Positions 38,019-45,721 of a DNA stretch of 64,000 nt are shown piece by piece. Both the position numbers and the translations under genes were made by a program. The notes beneath the pieces are model-generated. The model was not told the origin of the DNA and ran no database searches. It saw nothing but the letters and a program-made list of their open reading frames with translations. The stretch is from NCBI GenBank assembly GCA_018673915.1, contig JABHBK010000059.1, positions 34,603 through 98,602 on the forward strand, written 5' to 3'. This DNA comes from Nitrospina sp. GTDB lineage: Bacteria > Nitrospinota > Nitrospinia > Nitrospinales > VA-1. How positions within the stretch are numbered: position 1 is the stretch's first letter; every line of letters begins with the position of its first letter.

Positions 38019-38564
38019 TCACCTGCGCCGAGGTTGAGAGAGCTTGCGCAAATAATGAACGATTTGCCAAATTTCACGGTCCTTGAGATTCTTAAAAGCA
38101 GGCATACCTGTTCCCGGCGAGCCATTGCGAATGATCCAGAACATCTGACCATCGGAAATTTCTTTCATCGTTTCCTTGCAGTTGAAGTTTCGAGGTGAAG
38201 GATTCAGTCCCTGTGCCATGATACCCAACCCGTTCCCATTCACTCCGTGACAAATTTTGCAGGCAACCGGTTGTACATCCACCTGAAATAAGGTTTCCCC
38301 GGAGTAAAGAGTTTCCTGACTCGCCTCCAAAGGGTTGGCCTGATTACCGATTGCATCAGGAGCCTGAACGGTGGTCCGCAACTGCGGACAAAACCCATCT
38401 CCCGCAAAACCCTGCCCATGATGTCCCTGATGGCTTCGCAAATGATGCCGACGTCCATGCCCTAAAGGCGGCCCGGCCCAGACCTCGGCAATCAACCCGA
38501 ACAACAACATTCCCAAGACCAACCCCACTATAGACTTTCGATTCCTGCATATACCCTGATTCAT
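38019..38564 (-). CDS. Monoheme c-type cytochrome (subfamily 1) with His-rich N-terminal segment
   Basis: 181 aa with a signal peptide, then GPPLGHGRRHHLRSHQGHHGQG. It has CKICH, GTGMP, and extra cysteines CPQLR and NFNC. Confidence 0.8.
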   Translation of the reverse strand: MNQGICRNRKSIVGLVLGMLLFGLIAEVWAGPPLGHGRRHHLRSHQGHHGQGFAGDGFCPQLRTTVQAPDAIGNQANPLEASQETLYSGETLFQVDVQPVACKICHGVNGNGLGIMAQGLNPSPRNFNCKETMKEISDGQMFWIIRNGSPGTGMPAFKNLKDREIWQIVHYLRKLSQPRRR

Positions 38565-38594
38565 AAATTTGTTACCTATGAAAATTTATCCCTA

Positions 38595-39029
38595 TTAATC
38601 GGCTTGAGAAAAAGTACGGATGAAGTGGATCACGTTCCAACCTTCTTCCTCGCTGATAACTTTTCCTACCCGGACCGGCATCTGCGTTCCAGGGCTTCCG
38701 TTTCTCAACACCCACATCATCTCCCCATCGGTGCGAATATCCTGCCATTTTGGATCGGTGAAATCTCTCGGCGTATGGCCAGGAAGTTCAACTCCTTTTC
38801 CGTCATGGCTATGGCAGGTAACACACAAACCTTTACCAAAATATATTTCTCGCCCGGCCTCAATCCTTTCCGGGCTCGGAGGATAGGGGTTATCCATATC
38901 CTGAAGATATTCCAAAAGCTTTGGAGGAACCCTCGGCTCATAGATATCCAGGTGAAACGCACCTGCTAAGCTCCCCCATGCAAGTAGAGAAACAAAGCTA
39001 GTTATTAGATTTAAATGGATCATTCGCAT
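38595..39029 (-). CDS. Monoheme c-type cytochrome (subfamily 2)
   Basis: 144 aa with a signal peptide, CVTCH, the PRDFTD motif and GTQMP. Confidence 0.8.
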   Translation of the reverse strand: MRMIHLNLITSFVSLLAWGSLAGAFHLDIYEPRVPPKLLEYLQDMDNPYPPSPERIEAGREIYFGKGLCVTCHSHDGKGVELPGHTPRDFTDPKWQDIRTDGEMMWVLRNGSPGTQMPVRVGKVISEEEGWNVIHFIRTFSQAD

Positions 39030-39094
39030 TGTTTAGATCCATTATTATCAAAATTTTCGAAGGGATGCCACCCCTACTGGCAACAAGGCTTTAT

Positions 39095-39538
39095 TCATTT
39101 ACCAAAGGATCGAACATATAAAATCACGTGCCAGGCTTCCTCCTCTGTTAAGACAAGAGGAATGAATGAGGCCATTGCTGTTCCCTCGCTACCATTTTTC
39201 AATATCCACAACAGTTCACCATCCTTCCGCACAGCTTGCCATGCCTTGTCGGTAAAATTTCGTGGGAGTTTCCCTACCAACCCCGGGACATCGATATACC
39301 CTCTACCATCCCTTCCATGACAAGTAACACAAAATGCCTTGCCGTGAAAAAGCACTTTGCCCTTTTCAATATTTTCTTGGGTCGAGGGAAATGGGTTGAC
39401 CCATGTTTTTGCTTCTTCAATTTGGTCAGAGGGCACACGAGGATTCAATACTTCCGAATCAGTAGCTTCAATCCATCCAGGCCAAAATCCCAGACACAGC
39501 GCAAAAAAGACCCATAGACTAATTTTATTCCCAATCAT
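39095..39538 (-). CDS. Monoheme c-type cytochrome (subfamily 2)
   Basis: 147 aa with a signal peptide, CVTCH, PRNFTD and GTAMA. It is paralogous to the 38595 gene. Confidence 0.8.
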   Translation of the reverse strand: MIGNKISLWVFFALCLGFWPGWIEATDSEVLNPRVPSDQIEEAKTWVNPFPSTQENIEKGKVLFHGKAFCVTCHGRDGRGYIDVPGLVGKLPRNFTDKAWQAVRKDGELLWILKNGSEGTAMASFIPLVLTEEEAWHVILYVRSFGK

Positions 39539-39608
39539 GTCTTTACTCTCATGATGTATTGTTAAACACAGGGAGAACGTATCAACGTCCTCCCTGTATC
39601 CTGATCGT

Positions 39609-40124
39609 TTATTTGGTTCGATAAACGTGACCCACAGAAGTCGGTATTGTCACAGTTCCATCTGGTACCACTTGATCTTTTCCCCAAAGATGAAAAATCA
39701 CACCATCTGTTTTACCGGCGGCTTCCGCAAGGGCTTTCACTTCCTTTGGATCTTCAATATCAAGAATTACCACTCGACCTGTATCAATCTCGACCTGATG
39801 ATCATGAAATGCCCGGTTCCACTGAATCAATGGCACATTTTTTCTAGCGAGATCCTTGGCAATAAAATATTCTACCGCCACCAGCTTGGCATCGGGTGCA
39901 GTAGTTTGAAAGAGGAGGCATTGTAGAATTTCTCCCCCCTGAATCCCTTTGCAGTAATGGTGGTAAGGTCCACCCACAGTGCCATCAGCCATCATATGAG
40001 GAGCCTGGACGTGGATATCATATCCATCAGCGGGTCCTGCGCTCATAGCCGGGTTTACCAGAAAACCTAAACCCGCCAGGCTTATGACACCCATCATCAA
40101 AATCGTTTTAATTGTATGTTTCAT
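39609..40124 (-). CDS. Secreted DUF1264 (OBAP-like) family protein
   Basis: 171 aa with a signal peptide. The pattern HHYC...LQCLLF..., AKLVAVEYFI, FHDHQVEI and GVIFHLW matches my recollection of the DUF1264 / oil-body-associated-protein family. Confidence 0.65.
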   Translation of the reverse strand: MKHTIKTILMMGVISLAGLGFLVNPAMSAGPADGYDIHVQAPHMMADGTVGGPYHHYCKGIQGGEILQCLLFQTTAPDAKLVAVEYFIAKDLARKNVPLIQWNRAFHDHQVEIDTGRVVILDIEDPKEVKALAEAAGKTDGVIFHLWGKDQVVPDGTVTIPTSVGHVYRTK

Positions 40125-40192
40125 TGTTACCTCCTAATTAAAAATAAATAGAATTAAAATTTGGTCCTACACATTTAACGTCCAAAACATAT

Positions 40193-40756
40193 TTAAAGTT
40201 TTTTCTGTTCCAGACGTGCTATCAGGTTAAAAATACCCATAGCTAATACAAACAAAGCCAAAATAAACCACCATGCAGACCAGCCTGTCATGGATGGCAA
40301 AGTTGCTTTTCCTATGTTTCCAATATTCAGAATATTTGCCTTTACCCAGGGATAAACTTCCGCATATAAACCCGCACCCACAATCATTCCAATAACTCCC
40401 GGTACCGCATGCCTGGAACCCTCACCTATTGCAGCTACAGCGGTGCCGGGGCAATAACCCAAAACAGCCATACCCGCGCCAAAAATCAGTCCACCTAAAG
40501 CATTTCCAAGGAGGGCCGTGGCCTTGATATGCAGATCGATGTCAAACCCCAAAGCTCGCATGCCATAAATACCAACACTACCCACCACTATCGCCGTCAA
40601 CATTATTTTGAGAACTGTAAAATCTTTGAGCAGGAATTGGCCAACAATCACGCTGAATCGGGTCACACCACCTTTTTGCAGTAAAAAGCCAAATAGAAAT
40701 CCAGTGACTCCCCCCATCAAAATGGTAGTCGGGTTTGCAAAAAAATTCTCAAACAT
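40193..40756 (-). CDS. YeeE/YedE-family sulfur-compound transporter, second half-protein
   Basis: I moved the start to ATG 40756, with SD GGGAGG 8 nt upstream and an ATGTTTGA overlap with the upstream stop. It is a polytopic protein with the GYCPG motif typical of Sulf_transp. Confidence 0.75.
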   Translation of the reverse strand: MFENFFANPTTILMGGVTGFLFGFLLQKGGVTRFSVIVGQFLLKDFTVLKIMLTAIVVGSVGIYGMRALGFDIDLHIKATALLGNALGGLIFGAGMAVLGYCPGTAVAAIGEGSRHAVPGVIGMIVGAGLYAEVYPWVKANILNIGNIGKATLPSMTGWSAWWFILALFVLAMGIFNLIARLEQKKL

Positions 40757-41309
40757 GATCTTTGCCTCCCTTGCCATATAGTAGCCAAGCGGTAACAATT
40801 CCCGAAGCGAACAAACAAAGAAAAAATATCCAGGACGAGACCGCTAACTGCAGGCCACCTGAAATCCCATGACCTGAGGTGCAACCTCCAGCCAGACGTG
40901 CTCCGAAAATCACAACGATCCCTGCCAAAAAAGCCCCAGCGAAACGAAGCCTCTTAGAAGAACCAAACCGCCATCTCCAAAGATCCGGAACTGCTTCCTG
41001 TATTCGAGAGGACGAAAGAAGCGATGCACAAAACGCACCGACAACGAGCATGACCACTAATGAAAATTGCCACTCGAGAATAGGATTGGGTTCTGCAACC
41101 GTTCCCAGATATTTCAAAAAATAGGGATTTGACTTCACATAGGTTTCAGATACCAACCCTTCAACAGCTCCGGCGGTCCGGACCATGGTTGTGGAAACCC
41201 CTAAAGCTTTATTCATCAAAGCAAAGGTAATCCAGGAAAGTATACCTATTCCTGTTCCCACTGCATAAGGGGACCACCGGGCTTTTTTAAATATTGAAAT
41301 CATTTTCAT
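40749..41309 (-). CDS. YeeE/YedE-family sulfur-compound transporter, first half-protein
   Basis: 186-aa polytopic protein with the GGCTSGHG motif typical of Sulf_transp. Confidence 0.75.
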   Translation of the reverse strand: MKMISIFKKARWSPYAVGTGIGILSWITFALMNKALGVSTTMVRTAGAVEGLVSETYVKSNPYFLKYLGTVAEPNPILEWQFSLVVMLVVGAFCASLLSSSRIQEAVPDLWRWRFGSSKRLRFAGAFLAGIVVIFGARLAGGCTSGHGISGGLQLAVSSWIFFLCLFASGIVTAWLLYGKGGKDHV

Positions 41310-41332
41310 CTTTCCTTTTCAATGATCTCCGA

Positions 41333-41536
41333 TTACATCTGGTGATGTTTACAGGTATTGATGCCAAATAATGTGTAGGCTGGGCAATTCCCCATTAAAC
41401 CCGTCCCAAGTGGTACCAATCCGACAACACCTATGATTATTCCCTGGGACCCTGATGTTACGACCCCAACAATTACCAATACTACTCCCAAGGCTACTCT
41501 CAACAGTCGATCTGTTTTTCCAATATTACAATTCAT
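41333..41536 (-). CDS. DUF2892 (YgaP-like) small membrane protein
   Basis: 67 aa with the pattern NIGKTDRLLRVALG...PLGTGLMGNCPAY. GGGAGG SD lies upstream. Confidence 0.75.
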   Translation of the reverse strand: MNCNIGKTDRLLRVALGVVLVIVGVVTSGSQGIIIGVVGLVPLGTGLMGNCPAYTLFGINTCKHHQM

Positions 41537-41626
41537 TATTTTCTTGCCTCCCTGATAAAGTTTTTAATGTAGGCCTTCCGGTTGAGATCATCGAAAAGCC
41601 CTAATTGAGATGTTTCCAGATACCAG

Positions 41627-41827
41627 CTAAAGAAGTAAAAAGCCTGGTATCTGCGCATCCAGTTTTCTTTTCAACTCTCCGGATAATTTTCTAACCTTGC
41701 CAGGCCCTGGATTTAAACCCAACTCCTGGTCCTTAATATTTTTCCAGTAATTACGACTCAACTCCTGACTGGAAAGTGTTTTTTTTAGTTTCATCTTCGC
41801 ACTATAAATTCGAACTTCATGAAACAT
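41627..41827 (-). CDS. Small basic hypothetical protein (66 aa)
   Basis: A strong SD (AAGGAGGTGG) lies 3 nt before the ATG, directly after the REC gene stop. I recognise no family. Confidence 0.5.
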   Translation of the reverse strand: MFHEVRIYSAKMKLKKTLSSQELSRNYWKNIKDQELGLNPGPGKVRKLSGELKRKLDAQIPGFLLL

Positions 41828-41848
41828 AATCCACCTCCTTCAAATGAA

Positions 41849-42238
41849 TCAAAAGGCAAGTTGACTTCCCTTTTGTTTTTTACTCAGCTGACTTAGAATT
41901 TTCACAATCAACTCAAACTCCAGTGATTTATTAAAAACGAAACCTGCTCCCGCTATTTTCAATTGAACTTCAATATCCTCATAGGGTTGCTCCGTCAAAA
42001 TCATAAAGGAAGGTTTCATTGTTGAGGACCTCATTTTCTCCATGACATCCAAGGCTGTTCCGTCCAATAGGTACAAATCAAGCACCAACACATCCGGTTT
42101 TAGACTATTGATAGACTCGGTGATCTCTTTTACTTTGATCAACGTAATCATTGGGTCCACTCCGGGAATGCTCTCAATCAATCGATATAAACGGTCCAAA
42201 ACGCCCTTTGAATTATCCACCGCCAGCAAGACTTTCAT
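41849..42238 (-). CDS. Stand-alone receiver-domain protein
   Basis: I moved the start to ATG 42238 (SD AAGGAG with a 7-nt spacer). The REC pattern is VLLAVDN...VLVLDLYLLDG...ILTE...NKS. Confidence 0.7.
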   Translation of the reverse strand: MKVLLAVDNSKGVLDRLYRLIESIPGVDPMITLIKVKEITESINSLKPDVLVLDLYLLDGTALDVMEKMRSSTMKPSFMILTEQPYEDIEVQLKIAGAGFVFNKSLEFELIVKILSQLSKKQKGSQLAF

Positions 42239-42396
42239 TACTCGGCTCCTTAGTTTCATTCACTAGAATTAGTATGGGCGACAAACAGGAAATAAAATAT
42301 CGTTGTGCTTGGGGTTTTAGGGGTCAGTGAAAGAGGATTTAGCTTGTCGTAGATATTCGACAGGGGGGGGTTGCGAATTGAGTCAGTGTCAGGAAA

Positions 42397-43044
42397 TTAT
42401 TCTATGAGTTGGTTTTTCAGCGCGTAATGGATGAGCTCGGCGTTGGACTTCAGGTTCATCTTTTCCAATATTCGCGATCGGTGGGTACTTACTGTGGTAA
42501 CACCTACCGAAAGTTCCTCGGCAATATCTTTCAATGATTTACCGGACGCAATGGAACAAAAGACCTGAAACTCTCTAGGAGAAAGAGTTTCGTGTGGAGA
42601 CTTGTCAGAATCCTTCCCCAGTTCATCGACCAGCCGCTCGGCCATTTCAGGGCTGATAAATTTTCCTCCACTCGCAACTTTGCGGATCGCCTGAACAAGC
42701 TGGTCAGGTGCGCCAGCTTTGGTCAAATATGCCGAAGCTCCGGCTTTGAGAAATCTCATTCCATACATATCCTCGGAATGAATGCTCAAAATGATAATAG
42801 GAAGCTTTGGGTACAGACTTTTCAATTGCGGGAGGACTTCCCAGCCACTTTTTACAGGCATTTCAATATCCATGACGACCACATCAGGAGGGGAGGCTTT
42901 AACCTTTTCCAGTACCTCTTTGCCATTTTCCGCCTCATCAACGACAGAGAGATCAGGAGTCTTGGACAATATCTGTTTGATGCCCTGACGGACCACGGCA
43001 TGGTCATCCGCAACAAGGACTTTGATCATATCTGATTTAGTCAT
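42397..43044 (-). CDS. NarL/FixJ (LuxR-type HTH) response regulator
   Basis: 215 aa with REC (VLVADDH...VVMDIEMP) and a C-terminal LuxR HTH (LSPREFQVFCSIASGKSLKDIAEELSVGVTTVSTHRSRI). Confidence 0.9.
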   Translation of the reverse strand: MTKSDMIKVLVADDHAVVRQGIKQILSKTPDLSVVDEAENGKEVLEKVKASPPDVVVMDIEMPVKSGWEVLPQLKSLYPKLPIIILSIHSEDMYGMRFLKAGASAYLTKAGAPDQLVQAIRKVASGGKFISPEMAERLVDELGKDSDKSPHETLSPREFQVFCSIASGKSLKDIAEELSVGVTTVSTHRSRILEKMNLKSNAELIHYALKNQLIE

Positions 43045-44357
43045 GGTTCAAGTGGGATATTAACAACAACCTTTGTCCCCTCACCCGGTTTACTTAAAAA
43101 CTCAACGTCTCCATCTAAAAAAAGAATCCGCTCGCGAATTCCTATTAGTCCAAGAGATTGAGAATGATCGATTTTTTCTAGAGGCATGCCTTTACCATTA
43201 TCCTCAATTTCCATAGTCAAGCGGTTACCTTTCTGGAGAAAACCAACACGAACCCGATCTGCCTCAGCATGGCGAACAACATTGGTCAACGCTTCCTGAA
43301 AAATCCTGAACAAATCTGTAGTCAACTCCTTGTTCAATGGAATATGCTCACAATTAAGATCAAACTGAAGGTTTGTTCTTTTCTGATATTCCTTGGCCTG
43401 CCAGGCAATGGCCTCACACAATCCCATTACATCCAAAATCTGAGGCCGCAATTCTGAAGATATTCTTTGAACCGAGGTAATGGTTGAGTCAATCAAGCCG
43501 GACATGGACTGGACCCTCTCCGCCAGTTCAGCCCGTTGCTCGGGCAATTCATCTTTCAAACATACCAGATCCATTTTAAGAGCTGTTAAAGACTGGCCCA
43601 ATTCATCATGAACTTCGCGGGCGATCCGGGTTTTTTCTTCCTCACGGATGTTCTGCAAATGGTTACTCAGATTGCGCAATTGCTCCCGAATATTTTTTAA
43701 CTCGTTTTCCGCATTGGTCCTTTCCACCACCTCCTTCTGCAATGTGGTGTTGACCTGTTTTAAATCTATGTTCCTTTCGACCACCCGTTCTTCTAATTCG
43801 TTTCGGTATCTGGTCAATTCTTCTTCCACAAGACTATGTTCAATAGCATCAGCCACCAATCCCCCGATAGAAAGAAGAACCTCCTGGCTATGCTTGTACC
43901 AGGAAGGATTCGTGTTGGTGTACAAAAACATCACCCCGAGGAGTTTTTCCCTTGTTTTAAGAGGAACAATATAATGACCGTGAGCCTGCATGCCTTCATA
44001 CCTGCGTTCATGCCGGGCATCGCTGAAACAACTTTCACTCATCAGTAACTCACCCGACTCGGCAACCCTGCCGCAAAGGCAATCACCATAGGGAATCACC
44101 TGCTCATTTTCCAGAAACACGGAAGTGAACTCACCCAAAGTGCAATACAAGTTGAGAACTTTTTTATCAGGATCGGCAAGAAAAATGCCAGCCTTTCTTT
44201 CAACTTTCAATTCATCGAATCCGGTGAGAACCAACAGAACATTCTCCAACATGCTTTTCATTCCCTGGGAAGAATGGAGAACACGGGCAACTTCATGGAG
44301 CACTTCGTATTCCTGGGTCAGGAGCCGGGATTCAGATTCGGTCGGTTTGGATGACAT
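43041..44357 (-). CDS. Cytoplasmic GAF-domain sensor histidine kinase (HisKA_3 / NarL-partner class)
   Basis: 438 aa with no TM segment. The GAF region contains YGDCLCGRVA and SESCF. The H-box is REVHDELGQSLT, and a HATPase domain is present. A 4-nt overlap links it to the RR gene. Confidence 0.85.
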   Translation of the reverse strand: MSSKPTESESRLLTQEYEVLHEVARVLHSSQGMKSMLENVLLVLTGFDELKVERKAGIFLADPDKKVLNLYCTLGEFTSVFLENEQVIPYGDCLCGRVAESGELLMSESCFSDARHERRYEGMQAHGHYIVPLKTREKLLGVMFLYTNTNPSWYKHSQEVLLSIGGLVADAIEHSLVEEELTRYRNELEERVVERNIDLKQVNTTLQKEVVERTNAENELKNIREQLRNLSNHLQNIREEEKTRIAREVHDELGQSLTALKMDLVCLKDELPEQRAELAERVQSMSGLIDSTITSVQRISSELRPQILDVMGLCEAIAWQAKEYQKRTNLQFDLNCEHIPLNKELTTDLFRIFQEALTNVVRHAEADRVRVGFLQKGNRLTMEIEDNGKGMPLEKIDHSQSLGLIGIRERILFLDGDVEFLSKPGEGTKVVVNIPLEP

Positions 44358-44393
44358 AGGATTTAATATAAAAGGACGGGTTAAAAGCCATTA

Positions 44394-44927
44394 TTAGTTG
44401 CCGCCGGTCACCGGCCGAACCAGTCTTAAGAAAGCATCGGTGCCGGATATTTTATCCTGATAAGCCTGGCCGCCTTCGTCTTTATAAGAGACCGCTACTG
44501 CTTTATTACGTTTTTCTTCACTGGTCCAGGTACTCCAACCCGCGCCTTTTGGGAACATGCTGTCGATAAAGATTTTATCGCCGTCTTTATCCAGATTGCG
44601 TTTTCTTCGGTCATACAACGTAGCGGCTTCTTTGGGAGTGGGTAAACGCCAGTCCTGGTACCCAGCAAAATTTTTATTATTCATACGCTGGGCAAACTCG
44701 TTAGCGGTGTACCAGTTGACCCACTTAGCATTCACCTGCCAGTAGTCGTTGGTCATCCAAAGCAAACTCGTTTTTCTATCCAGAGTTGTACCGTCTGCAA
44801 AATTGGCAAAACGTTTATCGGCGGATTCGGCAATCGTTTTTTGATCCGCCCAAACACTTGTAGTAAAAAGCAGAGCCATAAAAATGATCCCCACCCTTGA
44901 AATACTTAGTGATGACATAACCTTCAC
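44394..44927 (-). CDS. Secreted DUF1566 (Lcl C-terminal / C-lectin-like fold) protein
   Basis: 177 aa with a signal peptide ..TSVWA. It has the motif GYQDWRLPTPKEAATLY. Confidence 0.6.
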   Translation of the reverse strand: MKVMSSLSISRVGIIFMALLFTTSVWADQKTIAESADKRFANFADGTTLDRKTSLLWMTNDYWQVNAKWVNWYTANEFAQRMNNKNFAGYQDWRLPTPKEAATLYDRRKRNLDKDGDKIFIDSMFPKGAGWSTWTSEEKRNKAVAVSYKDEGGQAYQDKISGTDAFLRLVRPVTGGN

Positions 44928-44961
44928 TCCATTGATGAAAAATTCACAGCTTCCCTAATAT

Positions 44962-44981
44962 CGTAGAATGTAACAATTCTA
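44962..44981. promoter_or_regulatory. Perfect inverted repeat GTAGAAT-N6-ATTCTAC in a divergent promoter region
   Basis: Read directly from the sequence. It lies 35-54 nt upstream of the DUF1566 / GAF-kinase / LuxR-RR operon start and is a candidate operator. Confidence 0.3.
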
Positions 44982-45074
44982 CCTGCTCACCAAACCCAAG
45001 TAAACGGGAAATCCCCTTGAACAGGTTTTGTGCTTCCGGTAAACTGAAAGGACAATTCACTCTAGGGTTCTCCT

Positions 45075-45710
45075 ATGAAAACTTATCGCGATCTTCAACG
45101 CATTATACTTTTAACGACGCTTTTCCTTTTAATTTCCTGCTGGTCTGTATTTGCCCATCCCAAAGATAAGGACCGTTGGGACAATAAATACAGTACCGAG
45201 GTTTATCTGTTTGGGGAAAAACCTATTCCATTTCTAGTGGAAAATGTTCGCCTGCTCCCGAAGGGCAAGGTTCTGGATATCGCTATGGGAGAAGGCAGGA
45301 ACGGAGTTTATCTCGCCACTCAAGGGTTCGATGTGACGGGCCTGGATATTTCCGCAAAAGGACTGGAAAAAGCTCATAAATTAGCGGAAAAAAATAACGT
45401 CACCATTGAGACAAAAGTGGTCGATCTTGAAAGTTTTCAACTGGAACCTAATACCTATGACGTAATCCTTTGCTCTTACTATATGCAAAGAGATCTTTTC
45501 AAACAGTTCCAGTCAGCACTGAAACCGGGTGGCATGATCGTGGTCGAAACCTATAATGTCGATTACCTGAAATATGCCCGGTTCAGCCGTAAGTGGGCCC
45601 TTGATACCAACGAACTGCTTGATATCTTTAAGGACATGCGAGTCATCCGTTATCAGGATTATGATGACGGCAAAGAAGCCTATTCCAGCATCATCGCGCA
45701 GAATCCCTGA
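45075..45710 (+). CDS. Class I SAM-dependent methyltransferase (TehB-like) with hydrophobic N-terminus
   Basis: 211 aa with the motif VLDIAMGEGRNGVYLA. The N-terminal 27 aa look like a signal peptide or membrane anchor. Confidence 0.7.
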   Translation: MKTYRDLQRIILLTTLFLLISCWSVFAHPKDKDRWDNKYSTEVYLFGEKPIPFLVENVRLLPKGKVLDIAMGEGRNGVYLATQGFDVTGLDISAKGLEKAHKLAEKNNVTIETKVVDLESFQLEPNTYDVILCSYYMQRDLFKQFQSALKPGGMIVVETYNVDYLKYARFSRKWALDTNELLDIFKDMRVIRYQDYDDGKEAYSSIIAQNP

Positions 45711-45721
45711 CCACTCATTTA

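Noticed and set aside
38018-38152. A 45-aa N-terminal extension of the 37508 cytochrome ORF that overlaps the upstream cytochrome gene.
   Set aside because: The extension has no signal-peptide character. The internal ATG 38017 begins a proper signal peptide 1 nt after the upstream stop.
40749-40756. Possibility that the two YeeE/YedE ORFs are one gene split by a frameshift.
   Set aside because: The junction has a canonical GGGAGG SD and an ATGTTTGA start/stop overlap typical of translational coupling. Two-gene half-size Sulf_transp arrangements are also known.
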